Positions 48,696-58,971 of a DNA stretch of 64,000 nucleotides are shown one piece after another. The DNA comes from an uncultured delta proteobacterium (GTDB lineage: Bacteria; Desulfobacterota; Desulfobulbia; Desulfobulbales; BM004). Positions within the stretch are counted from its first letter, which is position 1; the number at the start of each line of letters is the position of its first letter. Under the pieces are notes generated by a model. That model saw only the letters and a list, made by a program, of their open reading frames with translations. It did no database searches and was not told where the DNA came from. The stretch is from positions 23,771 to 87,770 of the forward strand of contig CAWAPG010000006.1 of NCBI GenBank assembly GCA_963783905.1. Reading direction: 5' to 3'. A program made the translations under genes and the position numbers.

Positions 48696-50059
48696 TTAGC
48701 AGCCGGCATTTTTGCTGATAAAGTCGCAGAGCTCGCAGGCCATGGTTTCGATCAGCTCGGCATCTTCACCTTCCACCATGACCCGGATTACCGGCTCGGT
48801 TCCGGACGGACGCACCAGAATGCGTCCGGAGGCGCCGAGACTTTTTTCCAGTACGGCAATTTTTTCAGTAAATCCGGATATCTGCTCCACGGCAACCTTT
48901 TTTTTCGTCCGGACATTTTTCAGCACCTGCGGAAAGGGCTCCATTATCCCGGTCATTTCGGAGAGGGGGAGCTCTTTTTTCTTCATGGCGATAAGGAGCT
49001 GGAGGGCGCCCAGTATGCCGTCGCCGGTGGTGTTATGACGGAGAAAGATGAGATGCCCGGACTGTTCGCCGCCGAAATTGTAAGCGTTGCGCCGCATTTC
49101 CTCCACCACATAACGGTCGCCGACCTGGGTCCGGATGAGTTTTCCTCCCAGACGCTGCATGGCATGTTCCAAACCGATGTTGCTCATAACGGTTGTCACC
49201 AGTGTATTCTGCGCAAGTTTTTGGCGCTGGAGCATTTCGGCGGCGCATATAGCCATTATCTGGTCGCCGTCGACAACGGTACCCTTTTCGTCGGCCACGA
49301 TAAGCCGGTCGCCGTCTCCATCAAGGGCTATGCCGAGGTCGGCGCCTTCGCTGCGGACCAGTTCGGCCATGACTTCGGGATGAAGGGCGCCGCATTGGTG
49401 ATTTATATTCTTGCCGTCCGGATTTATCCCGATACTGGTGACCTTGGCCCCCAGCTCCTCGAAAACATGGGGCGCCACCCCATAGGTGGCCCCATGGGCA
49501 CAGTCCAGCACAATATGGATGCCGTCCAGAGTGTACCGGTTCGGAAAGGTATTTTTCAGGAAAACGATATAGCGGCCCTTGGCATCATCAATACGGGCCG
49601 CCTTGCCGACCTCTTCCGCCACCGGGCGCAGGGAGTCCATTTTTTGGAAAAAATGAGATCCTCAATTATGGCCTCTTCTTCATCCGGCAGTTTAAATCCG
49701 ATAGGGAAAATATCTTGATGCCGTTATCCTGGAAGGGGTTGTGGGAGGCGGAAATAACAACGCCGGCATCGGCACGCATGATGGTCGTAATAAAGGCGAT
49801 GCCGGGAGTCGGCAGTGGACCGACCAGGAGCACATTAACCCCCATGGAACAGATGCCCGAAGCCAGGGCGTTCTCGATCATATAGCCGGATAATCGGGTA
49901 TCCTTGCCGATTACTATCCGCGGGTTATGTTCCTTGTCCGGCACCTGCTCCTTGACCAGATAAGGCGATGGCCCGGCCGAGCTGCATGGCTATTTCGGTG
50001 GTCATGGGATAGGTGTTGGCAATGCCCCGCACCCCGTCTGTGCCGAAAAGTTTTCTCAT
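48696..50059 (-). pseudogene. glmM: Phosphoglucosamine mutase interrupted by three frameshifts (or three local sequence errors)
   Basis: Four collinear pieces in frames 1/0/1/2. Piece 1: [32 protein letters not shown] (from ATG 50059). Piece 2: [28 protein letters not shown]...[17 protein letters not shown]. Piece 3: [20 protein letters not shown]. Piece 4: MDSLRPV...GDGDR...RPSGTEP (48696-49640). Shifts lie at ~49960-49965, ~49698-49704 and the T6 run at 49640-49645. Confidence 0.8.
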
Positions 50060-51046
50060 GGCTTGATCTTGAGTGTTTTGGTTTTAATGATCTGCAGGGA
50101 AACATTTTCCGGTTCCATGGACAGAATGTTGGCCTCGGGTGGAGATTCGAGGTGGATTCCCAGGTTCTGGCTCCCTGCCTGCAGGGTTTCCGGAGTAACA
50201 CTGGCGTGGAAAAGATCCCTGATGTTGTCTGTTGAATTGATCATGGTCATGGGAAGTTCCGCGGTAACGCTGACCGTCGGCGGCAGCAGCCGGTAAATGG
50301 TTTGTTTCTGGGGGTCCTCCATCCGTATCAAATTCTATCGGGATGTTGACGAATTCCATTTCCCTTTTCAGTTCAACAACATTCAACCGGACAGCGACCA
50401 CCGGTTCGCCGATCAGGTCGGCTATTGCAGGTTTCAGGGCCAATGAAACCTGTTTCACGGTAGCCTGTTTCAGGCCGCTGATGTCAATGGGATTGGTATT
50501 CAGACTCTCTTCCTGGGCCAGGATCGACTGCGGCCCGCTTATTTCCAGGGTCGGCGGGTCCGCCGTCACCGACTCCAGCCGGTAATCATTGTCAACCCGG
50601 CCGACCAGCAGGGGCTTGATCGGCAGTTCTTTCTGAATCAACCGGTCAAGGAGTAGGGTAATGGTTGGCGGCTGCACCCGCAGTATGTTTAAGCCGCGGG
50701 GCAGTGAAATGGAAGCAGGATGATTCTGGATGACAACGGTACCGGGTTCCGCCTTTGACAGATCAATTGTCCGGCTGATATGCTGCGAGGTTATGCCGCG
50801 GATAAGGCTGCGCTGCCCGCTCACCGTGACCTCCAGCTGTTTTTTGAACTGATTGGAAATAACCAGATCGCGCGGCAGGTTGACAATTTCCACCGGGATG
50901 GTGACGTTCATATCCACCTTGTCCTCACCGACCACGAAATACCAGAGAAACATGGCGAAAAGCAGGGAGAGCAGCTTCAGGACCCAGTTTTTCGGCCGCG
51001 GAAAGGAATAGAAATTGTCAATTATTTGGCGAACCAGTTTTTCCAT
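50056..51046 (-). pseudogene. cdaR: YbbR-domain protein (CdaR-like regulator of diadenylate cyclase) with one frameshift
   Basis: ORF 50084-51046 is YbbR-like up to ...EFVNIPIEF, then becomes low-complexity. ORF 50056-50331 continues the YbbR repeat (IRMEDPQKQTIYRLLPPTVSVT...). Junction at ~50320-50340. ATGA overlap with the glmM start. Confidence 0.7.
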
Positions 51047-51812
51047 AGATGGGGCTGATAATCCTTGGGAATAAAAATTTCTTCAAGTTTATGCAACAGA
51101 GTCGTTTCATCGGAAACCGTGGTAATGGAGCCGTGCTGGACCAGGGAGATTTCCTGGGTTTCTTCGGAAACTACGACGATAACGGCATCGGTTTCCTCGG
51201 AAAGTCCGATGGCGGCCCGGTGCCTGGTGCCATAGCGCTTGTTGATATATGGGTTCTTGGTCAGCGGCAGGAGGCAGCCGGCGGTCTGGATACGGTTGTT
51301 ATTAATAATGACACCGCCGTCGTGCAGGGGCGAGGAGGGAAGAAACAGGCTTACCAGCAGTTCCTTGGTCAGTTTTGCGTCCACCTTATGGCCGGACTCA
51401 ATATAATCCCGCAGACCGGTTTCCCGTTCAATGACGATAAGGCCGCCGATTCGTCGCCGGGCAAGATAGCGGGCGGCGGCCACCACGACCTGAATGGTAT
51501 TTTGCACGGAATCGTATAGGTTTTGGAGAACGGTGTTTTGCCGACCTGGGTGAGGGCCCGCCTGATATCGCCCTGAAAAACGATGATGATGATAAGAAAA
51601 ATTGAACTTAAGAGGGTGCGCAGCAGCCAGTACAGGGTAAGCAGTTCCAGCTCCCGGGCGCCGAAATAAATTACGATGAGGACTGCGATGCCGATCAGCA
51701 TCTGGGCGGCTCTGGTCCCCCGGATGAGCAGGATGGTGCGGTAGATGATGAATGATACCAGGAAGATATCGAGTATATCCTGCCAGCGTAAAAATTTTAT
51801 TACATCACCCAT
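51022..51812 (-). pseudogene. cdaA: Diadenylate cyclase CdaA (DisA_N domain) with one frameshift
   Basis: ORF 51369-51812 gives the 3-TM N-terminus up to ...FQGDIRRALTQVG. ORF 51022-51507 gives the DAC domain (RRIGGLIVIE, PLHDGGVII, GTRHRAA, VVVVSEETQEIS). Shift at ~51536-51541. Confidence 0.75.
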
Positions 51813-52228
51813 GGGATTTCACTGAACTGCTACAGCATGATATGCGGATTTTTATGAGAGAATTTTTGTCTCCATCGCAAAAAAAATGATGCGAACCGGT
51901 TTTTCGCCTGTAACTTATTGATATTATTAGGATACGGTGCCTGCCCTGAACCTTTTTGAACGGTTCAATTTTGTACGTTGACGCAATATGTCATACATAT
52001 AAGACAGTTATCAATACCAATTAAAACAACTTATTAGGAAATTTTACAAGAGAAGAAAAAATTTTTTCAAAAAAAATCATTATATTTCCCGGTCTTGTGT
52101 ATTGTCCCTCCCAAACTGTGTGGTAAAATGGAAATTTTGCAGCGGTGGCAATCAGCACGGATAACAGCAGATAAACGTCCCTATGCCCGGGCGGGCTTTT
52201 GACGGAAAACAGTTCAGGAGGAAAGAGC

Positions 52229-52807
52229 ATGCTTTATGATTTAATCCGGAAAACCAGAAGTTTCAGACGTTTTAAGGAGGATGCGGCCATTGATATTGAA
52301 ACCTTGAGAGATCTCGTTGATCTGGCTCGACTCGGCGGATCCGCCGCCAATCGCCAGCCGTTGCAATATGTGATTGTCAATGGACCGGTAACCAATGCCA
52401 AAATATTTTCCCATCTCGGCTGGGCGGGCTATTTAATGGATTGGCCCGGACCCCGGGAAGGCGAGCGGCCTGCAGCCTATATCGTCTGCCTGCTTGACAC
52501 CCGCGTCAGCCACAAAGCCGACTGCGATCTTGGTATCGCCACCCAGAATCTGCTGCTGGGTGGTGCTGAAAAAGGGCTCGGCGGCTGCCGCATCGAATCG
52601 TTGTCTCCCGGTCTGCGGGATGAACTGGGCCTCGATGATCATCTGCAGGTCCTGCAGGTTATAGCACTGGGCAAGCCGGCGGAAACGGTCATGCTTGAAG
52701 CACTGAAACCGGAAGGTGATATAAAGTACTGGCGCGATGATGACGGGGTGCACCATGTGCCGAAGCGTGGGCTGGATGAGATTATAGCCGGGGAATTTAC
52801 CTCCTGA
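52229..52807 (+). CDS. Nitroreductase-family oxidoreductase
   Basis: RSFRRFKEDAAID ... SAANRQPLQYVIV. AGGAGG-type RBS (52216-52222) before ATG 52229. Confidence 0.8.
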   Translation: MLYDLIRKTRSFRRFKEDAAIDIETLRDLVDLARLGGSAANRQPLQYVIVNGPVTNAKIFSHLGWAGYLMDWPGPREGERPAAYIVCLLDTRVSHKADCDLGIATQNLLLGGAEKGLGGCRIESLSPGLRDELGLDDHLQVLQVIALGKPAETVMLEALKPEGDIKYWRDDDGVHHVPKRGLDEIIAGEFTS

Positions 52808-52810
52808 ACC

Positions 52811-54718
52811 TCATATTGCTTCACCCCAGAGACCTGCCGCCAACCCCGAAGATCTTTTGATCTTGCGCTGCACGGCAGATAAAAATATTTCCTTTCGGCC
52901 CCAGATGTCGACCTTTTTCCGGGCCCTGGTTATGGCGGTATAGAGCAGCTCCCTGGTCAGGAGCGGCGAGTCCCGGTCCGGCAGGATGAGCAGTATCCGG
53001 TTAAATTCAGAGCCCTGACTCTTATGCACGGTCATGGCAAAAACTGTTTCATGGCCGGGGAGCAGGGATGGGGCGATATCCCGGAGCATGTTGTCGCGGG
53101 TCCGGAAAAAAGCACGCAGAGACTGATTATTTTCCGGGTCCGGCAGCAGGATGCCGACATCGCCGTTGAATAACTGCAAATTGTAATCATTGCGGGTCAC
53201 CATAACCGGGCGAAAACGCAGGGAAATTCCTTCGTGCCGGGACAAAGCCGCTAAATTTTCGGGCAATCCGGCTTGAAACTGCGGCCCGATCTGCCGGGCG
53301 AAAATATCATTTATCCTCTCCATGCCGAATGGTCCGCTCCGCAGGGCGCAGAGTATGCGAAGATCGTCCAGCAGGGCGAAACAGGAATCCGGTTCCGGCG
53401 CCTGCTGCATGGCGGCGTATAGGGAGAAGTACGGCGATTCCCGGAGTTTTCCGCCAAGTTCTGCGGCCCGGGGAATTTTCGACCAGGTTATGGAGTCATC
53501 CCGGGTCTGCCGGAGCACGGCGAGCGCTCCGTCGCCGTCACCCAAACGTACAGCCCTGCTGAGCCGGGCAATGGAGCTTTCCGGGCTGAAGCGGTGGCTT
53601 TGTACCAGCTCAACAAAAGAATCCCGGAGAGAGGAGGAAGAATTTTTTGCGCCGGCAGGTGGAGCGGCTGCCAGGGAATTGCCGGTAAGTTCGGCGCTGA
53701 GCCGGCAGAATGCAGGGGAAAAATCCGTCATGGCATCTGCTGCAGGGCAGATGTCACCGAGAACGGACCCGGGCTGCACCGAGGCCAACTGATGCCGGTC
53801 GCCGAGGAGAATAAGCCGGGCCGCTGCCGGGACCGCCTGCATGAGTTTTGCCAGCAGGGGCAGGTCGACCATGGAAACTTCATCAATAACAATTATATCC
53901 GCCGCAAGGGGATTATCTGCATTGTGCCGGAAATACGGGGAATCCGGGATGTAGCCGAGCATGCGGTGCAGGGTCGTGGCCTGCAGGGGCTCACCGTTGT
54001 TCCGGAACAGGTTGGCAGCGGCAATGGCCTGCTGCAGTCGGGAAGCAGCCTTCCCGGTAGGCGCTCCCAGGAGAATGCGCGGCTGTTTGCCAGCGCTGTA
54101 CTGTTTTTGCAGAAGGGCAAGAATTTTGGCTACGGTGGTGGTTTTTCCGGTGCCGGGGCCGCCGCTGATGACACTGAACAACCGCGTGGCGGCGGCAAGA
54201 GCGGCAACCTGCTGCCAGTCAACCTCTCCGCCCGGCCGGGCCGGAAACAGTTTCTGCAGGTCGGTGCCGAGCCTGGGAAGGTTGAGGTCGCCGAAAAAGG
54301 GAACCCCCCTCTGCCGGATAAATTGGATAATGGTCTTTTCGTATTGCCAGTATCGGCGCAGATAAAGCCTGTTGCCGGCGTCAAGAACAAGGGGGGTGGC
54401 GCCTTCTTCGTCGGTGCCGACCACCCCGCTGTCCATGAGTTGTTCCTTCCAGCCAGGAAGGGACGGGCAGATAAGGCTTGCCGCGGCAATGTTCCCGGAA
54501 TTCGTATACAGAGGCTTTCCGGCGTATTCAGCCAGATCCAGACAGATATTGCCCGCACCTGTCTTGCGGCTCACCAGGGCTGCGGCCAGGGCTGCGGCCG
54601 GGCCGTGTTTTTTTGCCAGCCTTGCCATGAACAGGGCAAAGTGATGGTCCAGGCCGGAAAACAGCTCCGGATCGGTCAGTATGTCCGTAAGTTCCGGCAA
54701 TGTCGGTGCAATATCCAT
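52811..54718 (-). CDS. recD: Exodeoxyribonuclease V alpha subunit (RecD)
   Basis: SF1 helicase motifs VISGGPGTGKTTTV, IVIDEVSMVD, TVHKSQGSEF and YTAITRA. Confidence 0.85.
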   Translation of the reverse strand: MDIAPTLPELTDILTDPELFSGLDHHFALFMARLAKKHGPAAALAAALVSRKTGAGNICLDLAEYAGKPLYTNSGNIAAASLICPSLPGWKEQLMDSGVVGTDEEGATPLVLDAGNRLYLRRYWQYEKTIIQFIRQRGVPFFGDLNLPRLGTDLQKLFPARPGGEVDWQQVAALAAATRLFSVISGGPGTGKTTTVAKILALLQKQYSAGKQPRILLGAPTGKAASRLQQAIAAANLFRNNGEPLQATTLHRMLGYIPDSPYFRHNADNPLAADIIVIDEVSMVDLPLLAKLMQAVPAAARLILLGDRHQLASVQPGSVLGDICPAADAMTDFSPAFCRLSAELTGNSLAAAPPAGAKNSSSSLRDSFVELVQSHRFSPESSIARLSRAVRLGDGDGALAVLRQTRDDSITWSKIPRAAELGGKLRESPYFSLYAAMQQAPEPDSCFALLDDLRILCALRSGPFGMERINDIFARQIGPQFQAGLPENLAALSRHEGISLRFRPVMVTRNDYNLQLFNGDVGILLPDPENNQSLRAFFRTRDNMLRDIAPSLLPGHETVFAMTVHKSQGSEFNRILLILPDRDSPLLTRELLYTAITRARKKVDIWGRKEIFLSAVQRKIKRSSGLAAGLWGEAI

Positions 54719-54746
54719 GGATGACAGATACGTTTTGCTGCCGGTT

Positions 54747-57700
54747 TCAGGCGATGGGTCCGGCAGGTAATAGTGTGCGCAGCCTTTCTATTGTCGGAAG
54801 ATCCGGGAGGTCATGGTAAATGCCGTAACCGGGGCCGAGATTTTCGCGCACCCCACGCAAAAACACATAAAATGCCCCGCCGAAATGATTTTCATATTGA
54901 TAGCCGGGCAGACGTCTTTCCAGGTAAAGGTGCAGGGCCAGACAATAAATATGATACTGCAGAAAATAAAATCCCGAAAGAATCGAATCGATTAATTTGT
55001 CCCGGCGGTAGTTTTCAATGTCCGAACCCAGGTAATTGGATTTCCAATCCACCAGGTAGTATCTGCCGTCAAACTCGAAAACAAGGTCAATAAAGCCCCG
55101 CATGAAGCCCCGGGAAGGGGCAAAGGTCAGGCTGTCAAGCTGTTGCTCCAGCATGGGCGCGGTTGCGTCTGCAGATCCCGGCAGGCTGATCGGGTTGAAA
55201 AGAAGTTTAACCACATCCGGTGTCACCCGGGAGAGAGGAAAGTAGAATTCCAGTTCATGCAGGCAGTTTGTCCGGGATATGTTGGAAAATTTCAGTTCGG
55301 GAATATGATTATGCAGTCGGACGCATCCCAGGTTTGCCAGCATTTCCGCCACCACAATATTCCACTCTGTTTCAAAACCAAAGTGCTGCAGCTTCTCGTC
55401 AATAAGCTCCGGGGCCACCGGCGCCTGCCGGCTGAAATCAGCCTGCTCCAGGAGTTCATGCAGAAATGTGCCGGGCCCGGAGCCGTGCGGGAAGGAAAAT
55501 ATGTCACGGATAACATTTTTCTGTTCCGCCGGCGTGACTGATACGGCTGGTTCGGCCGGAAATTCATCCCGGTCGGGAAGCAATTTCCGGAGGACCTGGC
55601 TCGCATCGGTCAGGGTTGATGAACCGGTGATAAGAGAGGAAAAGCTGCTTATTTTCCAATCCCGGGCAATGTCACCGTTAAATTTCAGCGGGCGGAGGGC
55701 TATGGACTTCTCTTTACTCTCCGGCAGGCACGGTGGTGGTGTTTCCGGGGTTGCCGATATCCTGACCGAGCCCTGGGCCGCAGCGCTCAGTTCTTGCAGG
55801 TCAACAAGAATTTCCTGATCCGAGAGCCCGGAAAACCTGGCCGCAGTTCTTTGCATGAGACTTAGGATGGATTCGGTGGCAGGTGTGGATCCCGCCTGGC
55901 CACCAGAACCTTGATGCAGAAGATAGGCCGGGGCAGAGGTTTCAGCGCCGTTTATCGGCCCCCAGGCAAGATAACACCGATGCACGGCCCTGGTAAGGGC
56001 AACATAGAGAATCCGGAGATTTTCCGCCATTTCCTCCTGCAGTGCCTCCTGCAAGTGTGTCTCCAGCCGGGGGGAGCCGGCGTCGAAGAGCAGCTCGGTT
56101 TTTTGGCCGGCCTGCTGCCGGTGGAAAAGGCATCCATTCACGGCATCCGTCCGCAGGCCATTCCAGGCAAAGGGGCAGAAAACTACAGGATACTCCAGAC
56201 CTTTTGCCTTGTGAATGGTGACGATTTTCACCCTGCCCTCGTCACTTTCCAGACGCAGCTGGTGTTCAATGTTTTTATCCCGGTCAGCCGCCCGCCGGTC
56301 CTGCAAATATTCCAGCAGGGCCGTCATGTTCAGTCCCCGGTTCTCCGCCTCCTGGTGGAGGATTTCCGCCAGGTGCAGGATATTGGTCAGGCTCCGTTCC
56401 CCGTTTTCAGCGGCAAGCAGCCTTTGGCGCACCAGGTTTTCCCGCATGACCGTCCAGAACATCCGGATAAAACCATACCGTTTCCATAGCGCATGATAGG
56501 TTCGGAATTTTGTCAGCCAGTATTCGATAATTGTTTCATTTTCAGGGCTGTTTGCCTGCAGCAGATTGATATCTGCCGCCGGCAGGCCGATGAAACGGGT
56601 GGTGAGCCCGGTTTTTACCGCAGGAAGACGGTTCGGCATTGCAATGGCGCCCAGCAGAAGCGACATCTCCTCTGCTTCCCCGGCAGCAAATAAATCGTCG
56701 CCGCTGTGCAGGACGCTGGTTACATGCATGGCGGTCAAAGCCTGCTGCATTTTTCCGGCTTCATCATTGGTGCGGACCAGGATGGCCATATCTCCGGGTA
56801 AAAGTTTCCTGCCGTTGATCCTGACCCTGTTTTCTGCTGCAAGACGAAGCAGGCGGCAAATTTCGGCCGTTACCATGGATATGATGCGGCTGCGGGCTGC
56901 GCTTTTGGTTATTTTGGGATCCGCGGACCGGGAAGATGATGCATCATCGCTTGCCGCCATGGTTCGGTTCAGATACCAGAGGATGAACGGCTCCTCCCGC
57001 CGGTCGTCTATGGTGAGGTATTCTCGTTCACGTTTCTGTGCAGCAGCCACCGGGTGAAATGATATGGCATCAAAGATAAACGATTTTTCCGCCCGGCAGA
57101 ATACGGTATTGATTGCCTTGACCAACTCCGGGGTGGAACGGTGGTTGACGCCCAGGGTATGATGGGCGAACGGCGATGCGGCAGCTGCGTCCATATAGGT
57201 AAAAATATCGGCGCCGCGGAAGCTGTATATTGCCTGCTTGGGATCACCGATCAGGAAAAGCAGGGATCGTTCGTGGTAGATTGCTTTAAAGATTTCAAAC
57301 TGCAGTGGATCGGTATCCTGGAACTCGTCGATGAGGGCGGCGGGATATTTTTTGGCTATCGCCCGGGCCAATGAAGATCCTCCCGGGCCGGAAAGCGCCC
57401 CATGCAGTTTCTGCAGAAGATCGTCAAAGGAGAAAACATTGTCCCTGGCCTTGCGCCGGGACAATTCATGTCGAAAGGAGTCGAGCAGTCTTTTTTTCAG
57501 GGCAAGCAGACATCGGTCATACTGGACCTGCAGGGTGTCCCTGATCCGGACAAGATTGTCGCAGAGTTCATGAAACGGCAGAACATTGGCTGTTTCTTTC
57601 GTTTTTGTGCCGGAACTTATTCTGCTGCCGGTAATGAGATGAAACCGGTCAAAAAGATGCGGCTCCGGAATGCAGCGGGCCGCCATGTCATCCATGCGGC

Positions 57701-58538
57701 TGATAAGAACCGGCATGAATGCTTTCCGGTAGATATTGCGGTTAAAAGCCGGGGAATAAAGGAGGTCGCGGCTGACTGCATCGCGGGCCGCCGGCCATTC
57801 CCGGCAGACATCCAGGTAAGCTGCGGTAAATTCTGCTTCAGTGTCGGAAAGATGTGAACAGCCCGTCTTGAAATCAATGTCGGGGATGAATTGTAAAAAC
57901 GGGTGGGGAATCAGGGGGCGGAGAAAATCATGCAGCCCGTCAGGGGAGAGCCGGTCAATGGCATACCGGCTGAAGAGGCTGGAGTTCTGAAAGAAATTAC
58001 GGCGCCAGAAGTCCTCGATAATTTCCTTGAAGAGATAGCTGTCGTCGGCAATAAGTTCCGTGTCAAAAAGGGTATTGCTCTCAAAACTGTGTTCCAGGAG
58101 CATCCGCTGACAAAACCCGTGAATGGTATATATGGCGGCTTCATCGAAAGCGCGCAATGCCTCGGAGAGGAGGGATGCCGCTTTTTTTTCATCCTTGATC
58201 CCGGCAAGATACTCCTGCAGGAAAGGGTCGTTCCCGGGATTGCCGCCGACACCATCGAGGGCCTGCCGCAGTTTCTGCCGGACCCGGTCCCGCAGATCTT
58301 CGGTGGCAGCCTCGGTGTAGGTGACAACCAGTATCTGCTCTATGGTTAATTCCTTTTCAAGGATGAGCCGCAGCACCAGGCCGCAGATGGTATAGGTCTT
58401 GCCGGTGCCCGCACTTGCATCAATGAGGTTGAAGCCCTCAAGAGGGCTGCGAACAAGATCAAAGGTGTTCGGCCGGCTTGAGCGGCAGGTGTTTGCGGGC
58501 ATGGTAATGACAGTTACAGAACAGTATTCGGTTCTCAT
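54747..58538 (-). CDS. recB: Exodeoxyribonuclease V beta subunit (RecB: UvrD-type helicase + PD-(D/E)XK nuclease)
   Basis: LIDASAGTGKTYTI, IDEFQDTD, TIHKAKGLEY. C-terminal nuclease GFIDLVFEFDGRYYLVDWKSN...LQYHIYCLALHLYL. ATG 58502 is an alternative start. Confidence 0.85.
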   Translation of the reverse strand: MRTEYCSVTVITMPANTCRSSRPNTFDLVRSPLEGFNLIDASAGTGKTYTICGLVLRLILEKELTIEQILVVTYTEAATEDLRDRVRQKLRQALDGVGGNPGNDPFLQEYLAGIKDEKKAASLLSEALRAFDEAAIYTIHGFCQRMLLEHSFESNTLFDTELIADDSYLFKEIIEDFWRRNFFQNSSLFSRYAIDRLSPDGLHDFLRPLIPHPFLQFIPDIDFKTGCSHLSDTEAEFTAAYLDVCREWPAARDAVSRDLLYSPAFNRNIYRKAFMPVLISRMDDMAARCIPEPHLFDRFHLITGSRISSGTKTKETANVLPFHELCDNLVRIRDTLQVQYDRCLLALKKRLLDSFRHELSRRKARDNVFSFDDLLQKLHGALSGPGGSSLARAIAKKYPAALIDEFQDTDPLQFEIFKAIYHERSLLFLIGDPKQAIYSFRGADIFTYMDAAAASPFAHHTLGVNHRSTPELVKAINTVFCRAEKSFIFDAISFHPVAAAQKREREYLTIDDRREEPFILWYLNRTMAASDDASSSRSADPKITKSAARSRIISMVTAEICRLLRLAAENRVRINGRKLLPGDMAILVRTNDEAGKMQQALTAMHVTSVLHSGDDLFAAGEAEEMSLLLGAIAMPNRLPAVKTGLTTRFIGLPAADINLLQANSPENETIIEYWLTKFRTYHALWKRYGFIRMFWTVMRENLVRQRLLAAENGERSLTNILHLAEILHQEAENRGLNMTALLEYLQDRRAADRDKNIEHQLRLESDEGRVKIVTIHKAKGLEYPVVFCPFAWNGLRTDAVNGCLFHRQQAGQKTELLFDAGSPRLETHLQEALQEEMAENLRILYVALTRAVHRCYLAWGPINGAETSAPAYLLHQGSGGQAGSTPATESILSLMQRTAARFSGLSDQEILVDLQELSAAAQGSVRISATPETPPPCLPESKEKSIALRPLKFNGDIARDWKISSFSSLITGSSTLTDASQVLRKLLPDRDEFPAEPAVSVTPAEQKNVIRDIFSFPHGSGPGTFLHELLEQADFSRQAPVAPELIDEKLQHFGFETEWNIVVAEMLANLGCVRLHNHIPELKFSNISRTNCLHELEFYFPLSRVTPDVVKLLFNPISLPGSADATAPMLEQQLDSLTFAPSRGFMRGFIDLVFEFDGRYYLVDWKSNYLGSDIENYRRDKLIDSILSGFYFLQYHIYCLALHLYLERRLPGYQYENHFGGAFYVFLRGVRENLGPGYGIYHDLPDLPTIERLRTLLPAGPIA

Positions 58539-58971
58539 CCTGAAAGTCCTGGTTTTTCCGGATGAAAAGTTCAGGTTGCGTGTACCTTATATACGCCAGG
58601 CAACCGTGATGCTGCAACCCCAAAACCGATAACCGCTGCAGCTCCCGGAATCCCTCACGGAAAATGAGCAGTTTACAAAATGAATGTAATAATACAGGCC
58701 CGTTTTACGCAGAAAGCATTTTTGGGTCATAAGGGGGTTGAAAGCTCGGCAGTTGAAAGTCGTTTTTGCTTCTTTTTTCTATTTAGGGTAAAAAGAAAAG
58801 TTGCTGTAAAAAATGAAGTGATTATAAGAATAAATATGGATGTATACTGCAGGAAGACCATTTGGGACAACTTTTCCGCGGTGGAATCCTGCGCCGGTCT
58901 CAGTGCCGGCGAGTGAATTTTAGTCATCGGCCCAGTCCCCTTATAAACAGAATAACCCGGATTAATGCTTT

